Assembly: GCA_964652755.1 (NCBI GenBank)
Contig: CAZZBP010000002.1
Location: 34,367-98,366, forward strand
Source: an uncultured Dehalococcoidia bacterium
GTDB taxonomy: Bacteria > Chloroflexota > Dehalococcoidia > Lucifugimonadales > UBA826
Length of the DNA: 64,000 nucleotides
Reading direction: 5' to 3'
Positions 26,536-36,940 of the stretch are shown piece after piece. How positions within the stretch are numbered: the first letter of the stretch is position 1; every line of letters begins with the position of its first letter. The position numbers and the translations under genes were made by a program. Under the pieces are notes generated by a model, which did no database searches, was not told the origin of the DNA, and saw nothing but the letters and a program-made list of their open reading frames with translations.

Positions 26536-29403
26536 TTGCCTGATCTGAAATCCCATGGAGAGTCCATTTTGGGGAATAATACTTGGAGTACCAGGGTCGT
26601 CTTTTTCCTGTCGAGCAGGTCTTCTCCCGTCATCATAATATTCTTAATTGTATCGATTCTTCTCGCATATCCCCTGATCTACCTTGCTCCGACCCAACAG
26701 GCGTCTCCAAACCCGCCCGGAGAAGTCTACGACATGCAGGCAGATATCGATGCAAAATTCCCGACCCCAGTTCATTTTGCAACTTATGTTTTGGAAGCCC
26801 GTGATGGGGATGTACTCACACGTGACGTGCTCGTAGAGTTTAAGGAAAATCGAGACCGACTTCTTGCTTTTGACAAAAAAGGAGATCTATCCGCCGGTAC
26901 TCTGATAAATCAGCCCTACTTATTTTCATACTTTGATACCGACATTGGTCTAAGTGTGACCGGGATAAGCTCCATATTGGATCCGATCGACCTTACGCTT
27001 AGGGAGATGGGTGCAAAATTGGAAACCGCCTCTGATATGGAAATAAAGCTTGCTGTGGCGAAATTGATGTCTAACACAAGTACTAGAAAAATGTTAGATC
27101 TCCTTTCGACGAAGACAAGTTCAGAAGACCGCATTATCAATGGAGAAGTAGTTAAATGGTGGACATCGCCTGCGATGTTATTTCACCTTTTGGCAGACAA
27201 CGAGAAACTGGGTGGGGCAGGTCTTGAGATAGGACTAGGAGGTGGGACTGACGTCATCAACAAAGAACACTTGAACAGAAAGATACGGTCCGTGATGACA
27301 GGTTACTCGAGGACATACCATGTTTGGGGAGTTGCGATTGACGCTAATTTAGAGTCGGAAGAAGAGGGACGGGCCGCTGGGGTATTTATTACATTTACGG
27401 TGATTGGAGCACTATTAGTTATTGGACTTAGTCTAAAGTCATATTGGATAACTGTGATTTCAGGCATCGGCTTGGGTATCCTTATGATTTGGCTGAAGGG
27501 TATCTCGGCACTTATAGGACTTAAGAGTGGTCTTGTCATAGATCTTTTGGTGCCTATAGGCATGATCTCATTAGGTGTAGATTTCGTGGTACACGCTATG
27601 CATCGTTATAGGGAAGAGATTCTGGCGGGTTACTTGCCAAGAGTGGCCCTCAGAGTAGGATTGTCAGGAGTAATTGGTGCCCTTCTCTTAGCCATGGTGA
27701 GTGACAGCGTAGCGTTCCTTTCCAATTTGTCATCCAATATAGAAGCCGTGATTCACTTTGGCAGCGCCGCGGCCATAGCGGTTTTATCTTCCTTCATCAT
27801 TTTAGGTCTAGTTGCTCCAATTATTTCTATGAGAATAGATGAATTAATCAATCTGTCAGGTGAACGGTTCACTGGGAAATTTATTGTGGCTTTGAAAATG
27901 TTCGGAGGTATAGGAGTAGCCTGCGCTTCGGCTGGATCTGTGATCTTAATGTTGGCGGTGAGTAAGATATACGGAGCGGTCATGTTAGGGGCAACCGCGT
28001 TATTGTTTGCGGTGATTCCAATAGCTTACCTTTATATACGCATAGGAAGGAACTCCACCGTTGTCGGACAGATCCCTTATCATGAAAAGCACAAATCTGA
28101 TTCTGCGTCCCGTGTTAGGTCTGGTATAGAAAGGTTAGTAGTAGCTGCTGCTTCCAATTCTTCGATCGTTCTCATTGGTGCTGTACTTTTTACTCTTCTT
28201 TCAAGCTTCTTCGCTTTCAGGCTGGAACCTACATTTGACGTCAGGGATTTTTTTGATTCCGAGTCAGATTTTGTAATGGGGTTAGATAAACTCTCAGAAC
28301 ATCTAGGGGAAAAAGGAGGCGAACCTGGAGTAGCTTATATAAAAGGTGACCTAATGGATCCTGGCGCCGTTTTGGCTATCTCACAGTTTGTTGAGAGGCT
28401 CCGCGAAGTGGAAAACGTAGCCGAAACACCCAGCGGTGAAGTCACGATCGGCCTCAATGTCGTCAATACCTCTAGAATTATCTTGAGCAGTCCGGAAGCT
28501 ATCAAGTCGATTGAAAGGGAAACCGGGGTGGTAGTTGAAGATAGCAACAAAGACGAGATTCCCGACTCCAGAGAACAGATGCAAGCCGCATTCAAGTACG
28601 CACTCGCATATGGTGTTCCAGGAAAGGGAGGGAACTTGATACTTAGATCAGATCAGGTTCGGGCAGCCATCTATTACCCTGCTTACGAAACTACGTCTGG
28701 AGATAATCTTACAACGGTGCAGTTTCAGTTGCCTGGTACGAGGAATCAGTCAGCTGTAGCGGCTGCCGGAAAGGCCCTCACGCCGCTACTCGCTAAGCTT
28801 GAATTGGAACCTTCTATTACAAAAGCTGCACTTACCGGTTCACCTTTTACGAGGGAAGAGCAACTTGCAGCTTCTACCCGAACTCTTTACAGATCTCTCC
28901 CGATCGCATTCGTTGCCGCAACGATTCTCCTCTTGGTTTCAATGCAATCATTCAGATACGCAATTGTTACAGTAATACCAATCTTACTTGTGGTGGCTTG
29001 GCTCTACGGGATTATGTTTTTGGCCGGATTTGCATTGAATTTCGTGACTGCGATGATCGGTGCCATTTCTATAGGCGTTGGAATCGATTATTCAATTCAT
29101 ATGACACAAAGATTTAGAGAGGAGTTGGGTCGTAACACAAATCGCCTAGATGCGATGCGTAAGGCGGCTCGAGGTACAGGTGTTGCTTTAGTAGCTTCGG
29201 CAGCATCGAGTGTTGTGGGATTTACGATTATGGGGTTCGCGCCCATGCCGATGTTTGCATCCTACGGGCTATTAACTGCTTTGATGATTTTTTTAGCTCT
29301 TTTGGCATCGTTGGTTGTTCTTCCTTGTCTCTTGATGGCCGTAACAGAAGAACCAGAATTAATTGGAAGTTCTTCAACTGATTTCCAAAAATCTGCTAAT
29401 TAA
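26536..29403 (+). CDS. MMPL/RND-superfamily membrane transporter (two 6-TM bundles, two large extracytoplasmic domains)
   Basis: 955 aa. Each half has 1 TM, a soluble domain of about 230-300 aa, and 5 TM segments. SSD/MMPL-like segments are present (..GVDFVVHAMHRYREE.. and ..GVGIDYSIHMTQRFREE..). TTG start. Confidence 0.8.
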   Translation: MPDLKSHGESILGNNTWSTRVVFFLSSRSSPVIIIFLIVSILLAYPLIYLAPTQQASPNPPGEVYDMQADIDAKFPTPVHFATYVLEARDGDVLTRDVLVEFKENRDRLLAFDKKGDLSAGTLINQPYLFSYFDTDIGLSVTGISSILDPIDLTLREMGAKLETASDMEIKLAVAKLMSNTSTRKMLDLLSTKTSSEDRIINGEVVKWWTSPAMLFHLLADNEKLGGAGLEIGLGGGTDVINKEHLNRKIRSVMTGYSRTYHVWGVAIDANLESEEEGRAAGVFITFTVIGALLVIGLSLKSYWITVISGIGLGILMIWLKGISALIGLKSGLVIDLLVPIGMISLGVDFVVHAMHRYREEILAGYLPRVALRVGLSGVIGALLLAMVSDSVAFLSNLSSNIEAVIHFGSAAAIAVLSSFIILGLVAPIISMRIDELINLSGERFTGKFIVALKMFGGIGVACASAGSVILMLAVSKIYGAVMLGATALLFAVIPIAYLYIRIGRNSTVVGQIPYHEKHKSDSASRVRSGIERLVVAAASNSSIVLIGAVLFTLLSSFFAFRLEPTFDVRDFFDSESDFVMGLDKLSEHLGEKGGEPGVAYIKGDLMDPGAVLAISQFVERLREVENVAETPSGEVTIGLNVVNTSRIILSSPEAIKSIERETGVVVEDSNKDEIPDSREQMQAAFKYALAYGVPGKGGNLILRSDQVRAAIYYPAYETTSGDNLTTVQFQLPGTRNQSAVAAAGKALTPLLAKLELEPSITKAALTGSPFTREEQLAASTRTLYRSLPIAFVAATILLLVSMQSFRYAIVTVIPILLVVAWLYGIMFLAGFALNFVTAMIGAISIGVGIDYSIHMTQRFREELGRNTNRLDAMRKAARGTGVALVASAASSVVGFTIMGFAPMPMFASYGLLTALMIFLALLASLVVLPCLLMAVTEEPELIGSSSTDFQKSAN

Positions 29404-31852
29404 GAATCACATAGGTTGCTCCATCTCCCCCCATTGAATCGGCTTCAGATCCAAAATCGTTAACTAAGGAGTGTCCCTTAAGACTTTGGCGAATTGCATG
29501 CCTTAGTGCGCCCGTACCTTTTCCGTGAATAATTCGGACTTTGCTGAGACCATCTTTAACAGAAGAATCCAAAAAAGTTTCTACAAGTTCAATTGCTGGA
29601 TCTGATCTTAATCCTCTTATATCCAGTTGAGTTTCCGGATTTCTTGCGATAAGCGATTTCGGTACAAAGACCGCTTTTTTATCAGGAACGTCATCTTGTA
29701 AGTCCTCTCCGTCAATTCGTGACAGTTTTATAGTCTCTATATTCATACGTATGGTTCCTACCCTGATCTCAGCGTTCCTATCTCCTGGATCGAGCCTGTG
29801 GACGGTGCCTGTAAGGCCCAATCCCCTAACAAAGACTGTATCTCCCGGTTTAATTGTTTCAGAGCTTGAACGGGAGGTGGGCGTCTCTGGTATTTCAATA
29901 CCTTCCATGTCGGTCTTGATTTCTTCTATTCCAAGATTCGAATTCTCAACCGGGCCTGAAACCCTAGTAGAATAGCGGCTCCAAGAAAGAGCTGACTCTG
30001 CCTTGGATAGGAGATCTTTCACATGTTGGTATTTGGTTTCGGCTTCTCTTCTTACCACCTCGACGATTTCATCGCGTTTATCTAGTAGATAGTTAAGTTC
30101 CAATTCAAGTCTATTGCGAATAGATTTTGCTTCTTCCCTATATGTTCTTGTATCAGACAAGGTATTACTAAGCTCTTCACGGTCACGATTCATTTCCGTC
30201 AGCCAATTATTGACTCGTTTATAGTCCGGAGAAAGGTTGCGTTCCGCTTTTTGCAATAGCGAATCTGGGAGTCCTAATCTCGAAGCAACTTCCATCGCGT
30301 AGCTTCTTCCGGGGACCCCGATTGAAATCTTATACGTGGGCCGAAATGTTACAGGATCCAAATGGAAACTTGCGTTACTCATAGAATCACTTGCCTCGGC
30401 CGTTGCCGCTACTGATTGGTGGTGTGTTGTTGCGACTGCAGTTATCCTGTCATCCCCTAATTGTTCCAATACTGCACATGCTATCGCTGCACCTTCTTCT
30501 GGATTTGTGCTAGAGCCCAGCTCATCCAAAAGGACTAACGATTCATCAGTCGAGTTGAGGATTATGTCATTCAATGCTCTTATATGTGAGCTGAACGTGG
30601 AGATTGATCCTTCTATGCTTTGTTGGTCTCCGATATCAGCGAATATTCCGTCAAAAACTGGAAGAGTGCTTCCAGGCCCCGCGGGCAGATGTATCCCTGA
30701 TTGCTGCATAGCGGCAAGAAGCCCAATGGTCTTTAACGCTACCGTTTTTCCGCCGGTGTTAGGGCCAGTTATAACTAATACTGACCAGTTAGGGCCAACA
30801 TTTATCGAAAGGGGCACTGCGTCTGCAGGTAGCAAAGGGTGTCTTGCCTCAACAAGATTCAAGTCCCTATTTGTAGAGAGTTTTACCGACAATTCCTCAC
30901 AGCTTGTTTTGTGTTCAGCTGTTAATGCAGGGTCTGGAGAAACTAGAGATTCACTTAATCTAGCCCTTGCCAAGATGAAATCCAATTCAGATGCTGTCTC
31001 GATACTGTCTGTGATTTCTTGGGAAAGTGAACCGGCTTGGGCAGAAATATCTCTCAGAACCCTAGCCACTTCCCTTTCTTCCTCCAACACTAACTCTCGC
31101 CACGAGTTACACAGATTGACAGTGGTGAAAGGCTCTATAAAAAGGGTCGCACCTGTGTTAGAAGCGTCGTGAACTACTCCTGGTACCCGACCCCTCATAT
31201 TTGATTTGACTTGAACTACTAATCTGTCTCCTCTCACTGAGATCACATCATCTTGGATAACGCCATCGAGGTCGTTGTCACGGATAACATTATCGAGGGC
31301 GCTGGTGACCCTCGTATATGCGTTTCGGACTTGCCGACGCAGGATACCAAGAGTAGGCGTCGCTGCGTCAAAAACCAAACCATTGGGAGCAACCTTCGAT
31401 TTTATTGTATGACTCAAGTATGAAAGGTCTGCAATATTACGTGCCATTTCACCGAGCAGCGTCGCGTTGTCCGAATGTTCAATTACTAACCTTCGTAAAT
31501 TCGAAAAGGAATCTAAAGAAGACGCTATATCAAGAAGCTCCTGCCCTGTGAGTATGCCCCCGAGGTTAGTGCTTCGTACAGGGGCTGATATGTCGACCAC
31601 CCCTCCGAGGCTGAGGTTACCCGATACGTTGAGCAAATATCGGGCTTCTGACGTTTCCGATTGGAGAATTTCAACCTCGTTGATTAAATAAGAAGGTTTC
31701 ATGGCCCCAACGAGTTCCGCAGACCTATAAAAAGTAGTTTTTTGGGAAATGTTATCCCTTATTGAGTCGTAGTCTAATAATTGAAGACTGCGCTCACGAA
31801 TATATTGGGCTCTGTAATAGGCACCCTCTGGTGTTCCAACTTGCTCAGTCAA
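29396..31852 (-). CDS. mutS2: Endonuclease MutS2 (MutS ATPase domain plus C-terminal Smr domain)
   Basis: It has the Walker A motif ITGPNTGGKTV, the MutS signature ..LVLLDELGSSTNPEEG.., and the C-terminal Smr region LDIRGLR...A...V..FLD......L..V.IIHGKGTGALR. Confidence 0.95.
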   Translation of the reverse strand: MTEQVGTPEGAYYRAQYIRERSLQLLDYDSIRDNISQKTTFYRSAELVGAMKPSYLINEVEILQSETSEARYLLNVSGNLSLGGVVDISAPVRSTNLGGILTGQELLDIASSLDSFSNLRRLVIEHSDNATLLGEMARNIADLSYLSHTIKSKVAPNGLVFDAATPTLGILRRQVRNAYTRVTSALDNVIRDNDLDGVIQDDVISVRGDRLVVQVKSNMRGRVPGVVHDASNTGATLFIEPFTTVNLCNSWRELVLEEEREVARVLRDISAQAGSLSQEITDSIETASELDFILARARLSESLVSPDPALTAEHKTSCEELSVKLSTNRDLNLVEARHPLLPADAVPLSINVGPNWSVLVITGPNTGGKTVALKTIGLLAAMQQSGIHLPAGPGSTLPVFDGIFADIGDQQSIEGSISTFSSHIRALNDIILNSTDESLVLLDELGSSTNPEEGAAIACAVLEQLGDDRITAVATTHHQSVAATAEASDSMSNASFHLDPVTFRPTYKISIGVPGRSYAMEVASRLGLPDSLLQKAERNLSPDYKRVNNWLTEMNRDREELSNTLSDTRTYREEAKSIRNRLELELNYLLDKRDEIVEVVRREAETKYQHVKDLLSKAESALSWSRYSTRVSGPVENSNLGIEEIKTDMEGIEIPETPTSRSSSETIKPGDTVFVRGLGLTGTVHRLDPGDRNAEIRVGTIRMNIETIKLSRIDGEDLQDDVPDKKAVFVPKSLIARNPETQLDIRGLRSDPAIELVETFLDSSVKDGLSKVRIIHGKGTGALRHAIRQSLKGHSLVNDFGSEADSMGGDGATYVILN

Positions 31853-31989
31853 GTCTCGTTAATCTCCTAGAAAACTTTATCCGAATAATAGCAGTATCTA
31901 AGCGAATCGATCAGATAAACGAGTTGATTTCCCGGAAGTAATACCCGAAGGGCTATATAGGCTTGCGATGCTATAATTCTTTGATTGTT

Positions 31990-32898
31990 ATGAACAAGAA
32001 ACTAACTGTAAGAATACCGGCGACGTCGGCGAATATGGGTCCGGGGTTCGATTGCTTGGGTATAGCTTTGGACATATGGAACACTGTATCTATACTGGAG
32101 GATTCGCCCGATTCTCCCGGAGTCAAGGTAGTTGGAAACGGACAGGGAGAATTATCGAGAAGCACAGATAATTTGATCTTCCAGAGTTTCTCTCATCTTT
32201 TTGATGAGCTTGGCGAAAAAACTCCAGACGTGACTCTAGAATGTGAGAATCAGATTCCACTTGCAAGAGGTATGGGTAGCAGTTCTGCTGCTTTGGTCGG
32301 AGGGCTATTTGCAGCAAACGAATATGCTGGTAAACCGCTCAGCCAATTAGATTTACTCGAAATAGCAGCAGGCCTAGAAGGCCACCCTGACAATGTCGCA
32401 TCGGCGCTTCTAGGAGGAATGCAGATTAGCGTATACGATGAGGGACACATGGTGACAGCCAGTGTTTCTTTTCCAGAGTCTCTCTCTATCGTACTTTATG
32501 TGCCCGATACTCCCATGCCGACAGGGGAGGCTCGCGATTTATTGGATTCGAATATATCGCGTTCTGAGGCAGTGTTTAATATTGGAAGGGCTGCTCTTCT
32601 TGTGCATGCTATGTCTACGGGGCAACTCGAATACCTCAGATATGCCACTCAAGATGTTCTTCACCAACCTGCTCGTCAAAAATTGTTTTTTCCAATGAAG
32701 AACATTATCAAAGCTGCTATGAATAGCGGTGGATTAGGTGCTTTTCTGTCTGGTTCAGGATCCACCGTTTTGGCTTTTTGTACCGATCGGGAATACACCA
32801 TCGGTTATGAGATGGCTGATGCGGGGACGAAATCAGGTCTTAGTGGAGAGATAATTGTGACGAGCCCTACTTGTCGAGGAGCCTTTCTCTCAGCATGA
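31990..32898 (+). CDS. thrB: Homoserine kinase
   Basis: It has the GHMP kinase motif ..PLARGMGSSSAALVGG.. and the N-terminus ..VRIPATSANMGPGFDCLGIAL... I prefer the internal ATG at 31990 (MNKKLTV..). Confidence 0.92.
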   Translation: MNKKLTVRIPATSANMGPGFDCLGIALDIWNTVSILEDSPDSPGVKVVGNGQGELSRSTDNLIFQSFSHLFDELGEKTPDVTLECENQIPLARGMGSSSAALVGGLFAANEYAGKPLSQLDLLEIAAGLEGHPDNVASALLGGMQISVYDEGHMVTASVSFPESLSIVLYVPDTPMPTGEARDLLDSNISRSEAVFNIGRAALLVHAMSTGQLEYLRYATQDVLHQPARQKLFFPMKNIIKAAMNSGGLGAFLSGSGSTVLAFCTDREYTIGYEMADAGTKSGLSGEIIVTSPTCRGAFLSA

Positions 32899-32908
32899 AT
32901 ACACATAA

Positions 32909-34150
32909 TTGGTTAGAACTTTGCCACTTGTAGTACAGAAATATGGAGGATCTTCCCTTGCGACTCCGGAGTTGATTAAGAATGTAGCCGGTAGGATTGC
33001 GGCCAAGCAAAGTAGTGGGAAAGTGGTCGCTACGGTTTCGGCTATGGGAAACTCAACAGACGATCTACTGGAATTGGCATCGGGCATATCGAACCGGCCC
33101 GACCCAAGAGAGTTGGATGTTCTTCTATCCACTGGAGAGCTCCAATCTTGTGCTCTGGTTTCTATGGCTTTAAAGGCTTTAGGGGTGAAAGCTGTGAGTC
33201 TTAGTGGGGCACAAGCAGGGATTCGCACAAATGCTAGACATGGGAGAGCAAAGATTGCTGGATTAGATCCAGCACGTATAGAGGAAGAACTGGATCGCGG
33301 GAATGTAGTGGTTGTTGCTGGGTTTCAAGGTATTACAGATGAAATGGATGTAACCACGCTCGGTAGGGGGGCATCAGATTTAACAGCTGTTGCACTTGCT
33401 GCGAGCCTCAAAGCAGATAGATGCGAGATATATACAGATGTTGACGGCATCTATACGGCCGATCCAAGATTGGTACCCAAAGCCCGTAAGTTAAACGACA
33501 TAGGGTTTGAGGAGATGTTGGAACTTGCTAGCTATGGGGCCAAAATGAATCCCAGATCAATTGAACTCGGAATGGTTTATAACGTGCCTATCCTCGTAGC
33601 ATCTAGCTTTGAAGACCTTCCAGGCACACTAATTCATGAGGGAGCAGATATGAATTATAGCGTGGGGGAAATGAGAAACAGAGTAAGGGGGATTGCTACA
33701 GAAAAGAACGTGGCCAAGATTACTGTTTATTCTGTAGTGGACAGGCCCGGTATAGCAGCAGCGCTTTTTGAACCTTTAGCAGACGCCGATATTAGTGTTG
33801 ATATCATAGTTCAGAATGCAGGTGTCTCGGGAAGTACGGATCTCACGTTTACGGTGGCAACCTCGGATCTAGATAGGTCTATGGAAGTTGTAGAGAAGGT
33901 TGCCGTGGATTTGGGCACCGACGAGGTTGATAGCTCTGCAGGTCTCGCTAAAGTGAGTATAGTTGGAACAGGAATGCAGGATGCTTCCGGATATGCTTCA
34001 AGAATGTTCAGTGCACTTTCTGAGGGCGGAATTAACATAGAGATGATTACTACGTCTGAAATCCGTATTACATGCATTGTGGAAGAGGACAAGGTTGGTG
34101 TTGCGGCAAGGGTCTTACACGACGCATTCGAACTAGAAAAGGAAAGTTAA
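32909..34150 (+). CDS. lysC: Aspartate kinase with two C-terminal ACT domains
   Basis: Motifs include VVQKYGGSSL, VVVVSAMG.TD-type, GFQG and TLGRGASD. Tandem ACT regions follow (..VAKITVYSV.DRPGIAA.LF.. and ..AKVSIVGTGM...). TTG start. Confidence 0.92.
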   Translation: MVRTLPLVVQKYGGSSLATPELIKNVAGRIAAKQSSGKVVATVSAMGNSTDDLLELASGISNRPDPRELDVLLSTGELQSCALVSMALKALGVKAVSLSGAQAGIRTNARHGRAKIAGLDPARIEEELDRGNVVVVAGFQGITDEMDVTTLGRGASDLTAVALAASLKADRCEIYTDVDGIYTADPRLVPKARKLNDIGFEEMLELASYGAKMNPRSIELGMVYNVPILVASSFEDLPGTLIHEGADMNYSVGEMRNRVRGIATEKNVAKITVYSVVDRPGIAAALFEPLADADISVDIIVQNAGVSGSTDLTFTVATSDLDRSMEVVEKVAVDLGTDEVDSSAGLAKVSIVGTGMQDASGYASRMFSALSEGGINIEMITTSEIRITCIVEEDKVGVAARVLHDAFELEKES

Positions 34151-34251
34151 CGCACATTTCTTAATTAAGAAATGTGTCGTGCAAGGTTTCGGCCATATTG
34201 CTCCGTTGCTTAGACAAGGCTGTCTAGTGCCAGAGGTAATGAGGACTGTCA

Positions 34252-34995
34252 ATGCGTGAAGTTCAACTCTCAATCGTTATTCCTACCTTCAACGAATCTG
34301 ACAGGATACTAGGTACTCTCGATAGTTTGAAGAGGTATCTTGAATCTCGAGACTTTGTTTGGGAGATCGTACTGTCGGATGATGGCAGTTTAGACGACAC
34401 CGTCGCCCTTGTTAAATCATGGTCCGCTGTAAACCTAAACCTGCAGGATGAGACTATGAGAATAATTCAGCTTAATCATCGCGGTAAAGGCTCGGCGGTA
34501 CGACATGGCATGCTTCGAGCGGTTGGCGACATAAGAGTTATGTGTGATGCAGATCTTGCAATGTCCGCAGATCAAATTGACGGGTTTATTTCGAAGTTTA
34601 AGGAGGGATACGACATTGTTATAGGTTCCAGAGAAAAAACTGGGGCAAGGAGGTTTGATGAGCCGGTTTTACGGCACATTATGGGTAGAATATTTAACTG
34701 GTATGTCCGTTCCATAGCTGTAGGTGGGTTTCAAGACACTCAATGTGGCTATAAATGTTTTTCATCGAAAGCTGCAGAATCGCTATTTAGAATGCAGAAG
34801 CTGGATGGGTGGTGTTTCGATGTTGAAATACTTTTACTTGCTCGTAAGAATTCCATGAGAATATTTGAACTTCCCATTGATTGGTACCACAAAGAGAAAA
34901 GTAAAGTAACCTTGGGCGCGGCGTCAATCGAGATGGTAAGGGATACGCTCTTGACCTCTATTAGGTATATGATCGGGTCATATAACAAGATTTGA
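34252..34995 (+). CDS. Family 2 glycosyltransferase (dolichyl/polyprenyl-phosphate beta-glucosyltransferase-like)
   Basis: ..LSIVIPTFNE.. and ..SDDGS.D.T.. motifs and a DAD (D-x-D) motif are present, plus ..QCGYKCF... Soluble, 247 aa. Confidence 0.8.
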   Translation: MREVQLSIVIPTFNESDRILGTLDSLKRYLESRDFVWEIVLSDDGSLDDTVALVKSWSAVNLNLQDETMRIIQLNHRGKGSAVRHGMLRAVGDIRVMCDADLAMSADQIDGFISKFKEGYDIVIGSREKTGARRFDEPVLRHIMGRIFNWYVRSIAVGGFQDTQCGYKCFSSKAAESLFRMQKLDGWCFDVEILLLARKNSMRIFELPIDWYHKEKSKVTLGAASIEMVRDTLLTSIRYMIGSYNKI

Positions 34996-35034
34996 GGGCA
35001 TTACTATAGTGAGCATTTTCCAACTTTTGTTCAA

Positions 35035-35814
35035 TTGGAGATGCTTGTGAGGAGTTTAAGTTATGAGAACGAGTACTCTTCTTGCAAATCAGTCTGCGTG
35101 GTCGTGCCGACTTATAACGAGTCTGAAAATCTCTCTGAACTGACTGAAAGAATTTTTTCACTAAACCTTCCACGTTTATCAGTTTTAATTGTTGATGATA
35201 ATTCACCGGACTGCACGGCCGAAACTGCGTGGAGGCTCTCCTTACAATACGAAGGGGCAATCCAAGTTCTTCATAGGAAAACGAGAAACGGTTTGGGAAC
35301 AGCATATATAGAAGGTTTCCAAAGTGCCTTGGCCAAGGGATATGAGATTATTGTACAGATGGATGCGGACCTGTCCCACAGGCCAGAATATTTGCCTCAA
35401 ATGATAGATCTTCTTCGAGAATATGATGTGGTTGTTGGATCTAGATACATTGATAAAAGTAGTACAGATAGTGAATGGGGTATTCACCGAAAGATTCTAA
35501 GTTTTTGTGGAAATTTGGGAATTAGATGGATTTCAGGTATCCAAGCAAATGATGTTACTTCCGGATTTAAGGCTTTTTGTGCAGGGACTTTGAAAGAAAT
35601 AGACTGGACCAAAATAAGGAGTTCTGGATTTGGATTTCAAGCGGAAATCGCTTTTCATTGTGAGAAAAACGGACTTAAAGTTTTAGAGTACCCGATTGTA
35701 TTCGAAGAAAGAACTCGTGGAAAATCAAAAATGTCTCTTGCAATTATTTGTGAAGCTGTCTACATAATTCTCTCACTTCGAGCCAATTTCCTATTTCGAC
35801 AAAAGTCAAAATAG
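35035..35814 (+). CDS. Family 2 glycosyltransferase (polyprenol-monophosphomannose synthase / Dpm1-Ppm1-like)
   Basis: ..VVVPTYNESENL.., ..VDDNSPD.T.., ..GLG.AY..G.., QMDADLSH.P.Y.. and ..GSRY.. motifs are typical of Dpm1/Ppm1-type enzymes. Confidence 0.8.
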   Translation: MEMLVRSLSYENEYSSCKSVCVVVPTYNESENLSELTERIFSLNLPRLSVLIVDDNSPDCTAETAWRLSLQYEGAIQVLHRKTRNGLGTAYIEGFQSALAKGYEIIVQMDADLSHRPEYLPQMIDLLREYDVVVGSRYIDKSSTDSEWGIHRKILSFCGNLGIRWISGIQANDVTSGFKAFCAGTLKEIDWTKIRSSGFGFQAEIAFHCEKNGLKVLEYPIVFEERTRGKSKMSLAIICEAVYIILSLRANFLFRQKSK

Positions 35815-35911
35815 GTCTATTTTGACACGGGAAAGGTATTGAACTATCTAAATCATGCTTATTAGAATGCCGACACTTCTATAGAAGAATGATCTGATAA
35901 AGGTAGTAAAC

Positions 35912-36940
35912 GTGAAGGCAAAAAAACTTTCAGGGCTTTTAGAATTCAGAAAAGAGCGTACTAAAGAAGCCTTGAAGCTGGCTCAGTACGGACTTTGGGA
36001 AGACGCAGAAGATTTCACTCTCCAGATTATCGATCGTCTAACAGGAGACTATGTAGCTCACAGTAGACTTGCCGATTCTCTCATGAGACAAGGAAGGGAA
36101 TCGGAAGCGGCCGAGCATTATCAAGTAGCTACGGGATTGGAAAAAGCGAAAAACGACCGTAATAAGAAAGCTGTTAAGCTCGCCATGCAGTCTTCGTGGA
36201 AGGATGCTGCAGAGGTGAATGAAATTTTTATAGAGGACTGCTGTTGGGACATGGAGGCCTTCAATCGGCTGGGTAAGGCATTGATGGAATTAGGTAAGAA
36301 TAAAAAAGCAACTGAGGCGTTCCGGTGTGCTTTGGCTATTTCCCCTAACAGTGCCATAGCGTCGAAAAACCTTGCAAGGTTAGAAAAATTATCGGGTGTT
36401 AAGAATGGGACCCCAGTAAAGGTCGGTGCCAGCGCCCGGACCTTTATCGAAGAGAGTGGTAAAACTGGGGTAACTAAACTGGTGAACATTCCACGAGGTA
36501 CAGATCTAACCTATTTGATCGCTGGCCATTCCGTGGCTTTAGTACTTTCGGAAAAAGGCATTCGAGTGAAGGATGAATTGTCATCCGAAATAGGAAGTTT
36601 AGAGCCCAAGATAGGCATCCGACTGCATCGTTTAATAAAGGGAGGTAATCGCTATGAGGCAAGTATTACTAGCGTGTTAAAGGATGAAGTATCCCTGATA
36701 ATTCATGAAACATACAGAGACCCTACCCAAGCAACGACGCCTTCTTTCTCGGGCAAGGCCGACGGGTTACCAATGATTCCCAACGGATCGATTGGCTATA
36801 GTATTAATGATGCTGGTAAATTGGCGGATTTGAAAGACTGGTCTAGCGATGATACAGAATCAGGAGACGAAGACGTTTTCTCTCCTATGTTACCTAAACT
36901 AATTTCCGGAGATTCTTCCCTTGATGAACAAGACTATTAA
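35912..36940 (+). CDS. TPR-repeat protein with an unrecognised C-terminal domain and acidic tail
   Basis: TPR-like helices are present (..AEHYQVATGL.., ..AFNRLGKALMELGKNKKATEAFRCALAISPNSAIASKNLARLE..). GTG start. Confidence 0.55.
   Translation: MKAKKLSGLLEFRKERTKEALKLAQYGLWEDAEDFTLQIIDRLTGDYVAHSRLADSLMRQGRESEAAEHYQVATGLEKAKNDRNKKAVKLAMQSSWKDAAEVNEIFIEDCCWDMEAFNRLGKALMELGKNKKATEAFRCALAISPNSAIASKNLARLEKLSGVKNGTPVKVGASARTFIEESGKTGVTKLVNIPRGTDLTYLIAGHSVALVLSEKGIRVKDELSSEIGSLEPKIGIRLHRLIKGGNRYEASITSVLKDEVSLIIHETYRDPTQATTPSFSGKADGLPMIPNGSIGYSINDAGKLADLKDWSSDDTESGDEDVFSPMLPKLISGDSSLDEQDY

Noticed and set aside
34153-34176. A perfect palindrome CACATTTCTTAATTAAGAAATGTG after lysC as an intrinsic terminator.
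   Set aside because: It can form a 10-12 bp AT-rich stem but is not followed by a T-tract. It might be a weak terminator or a protein-binding site. The evidence is insufficient to call either.
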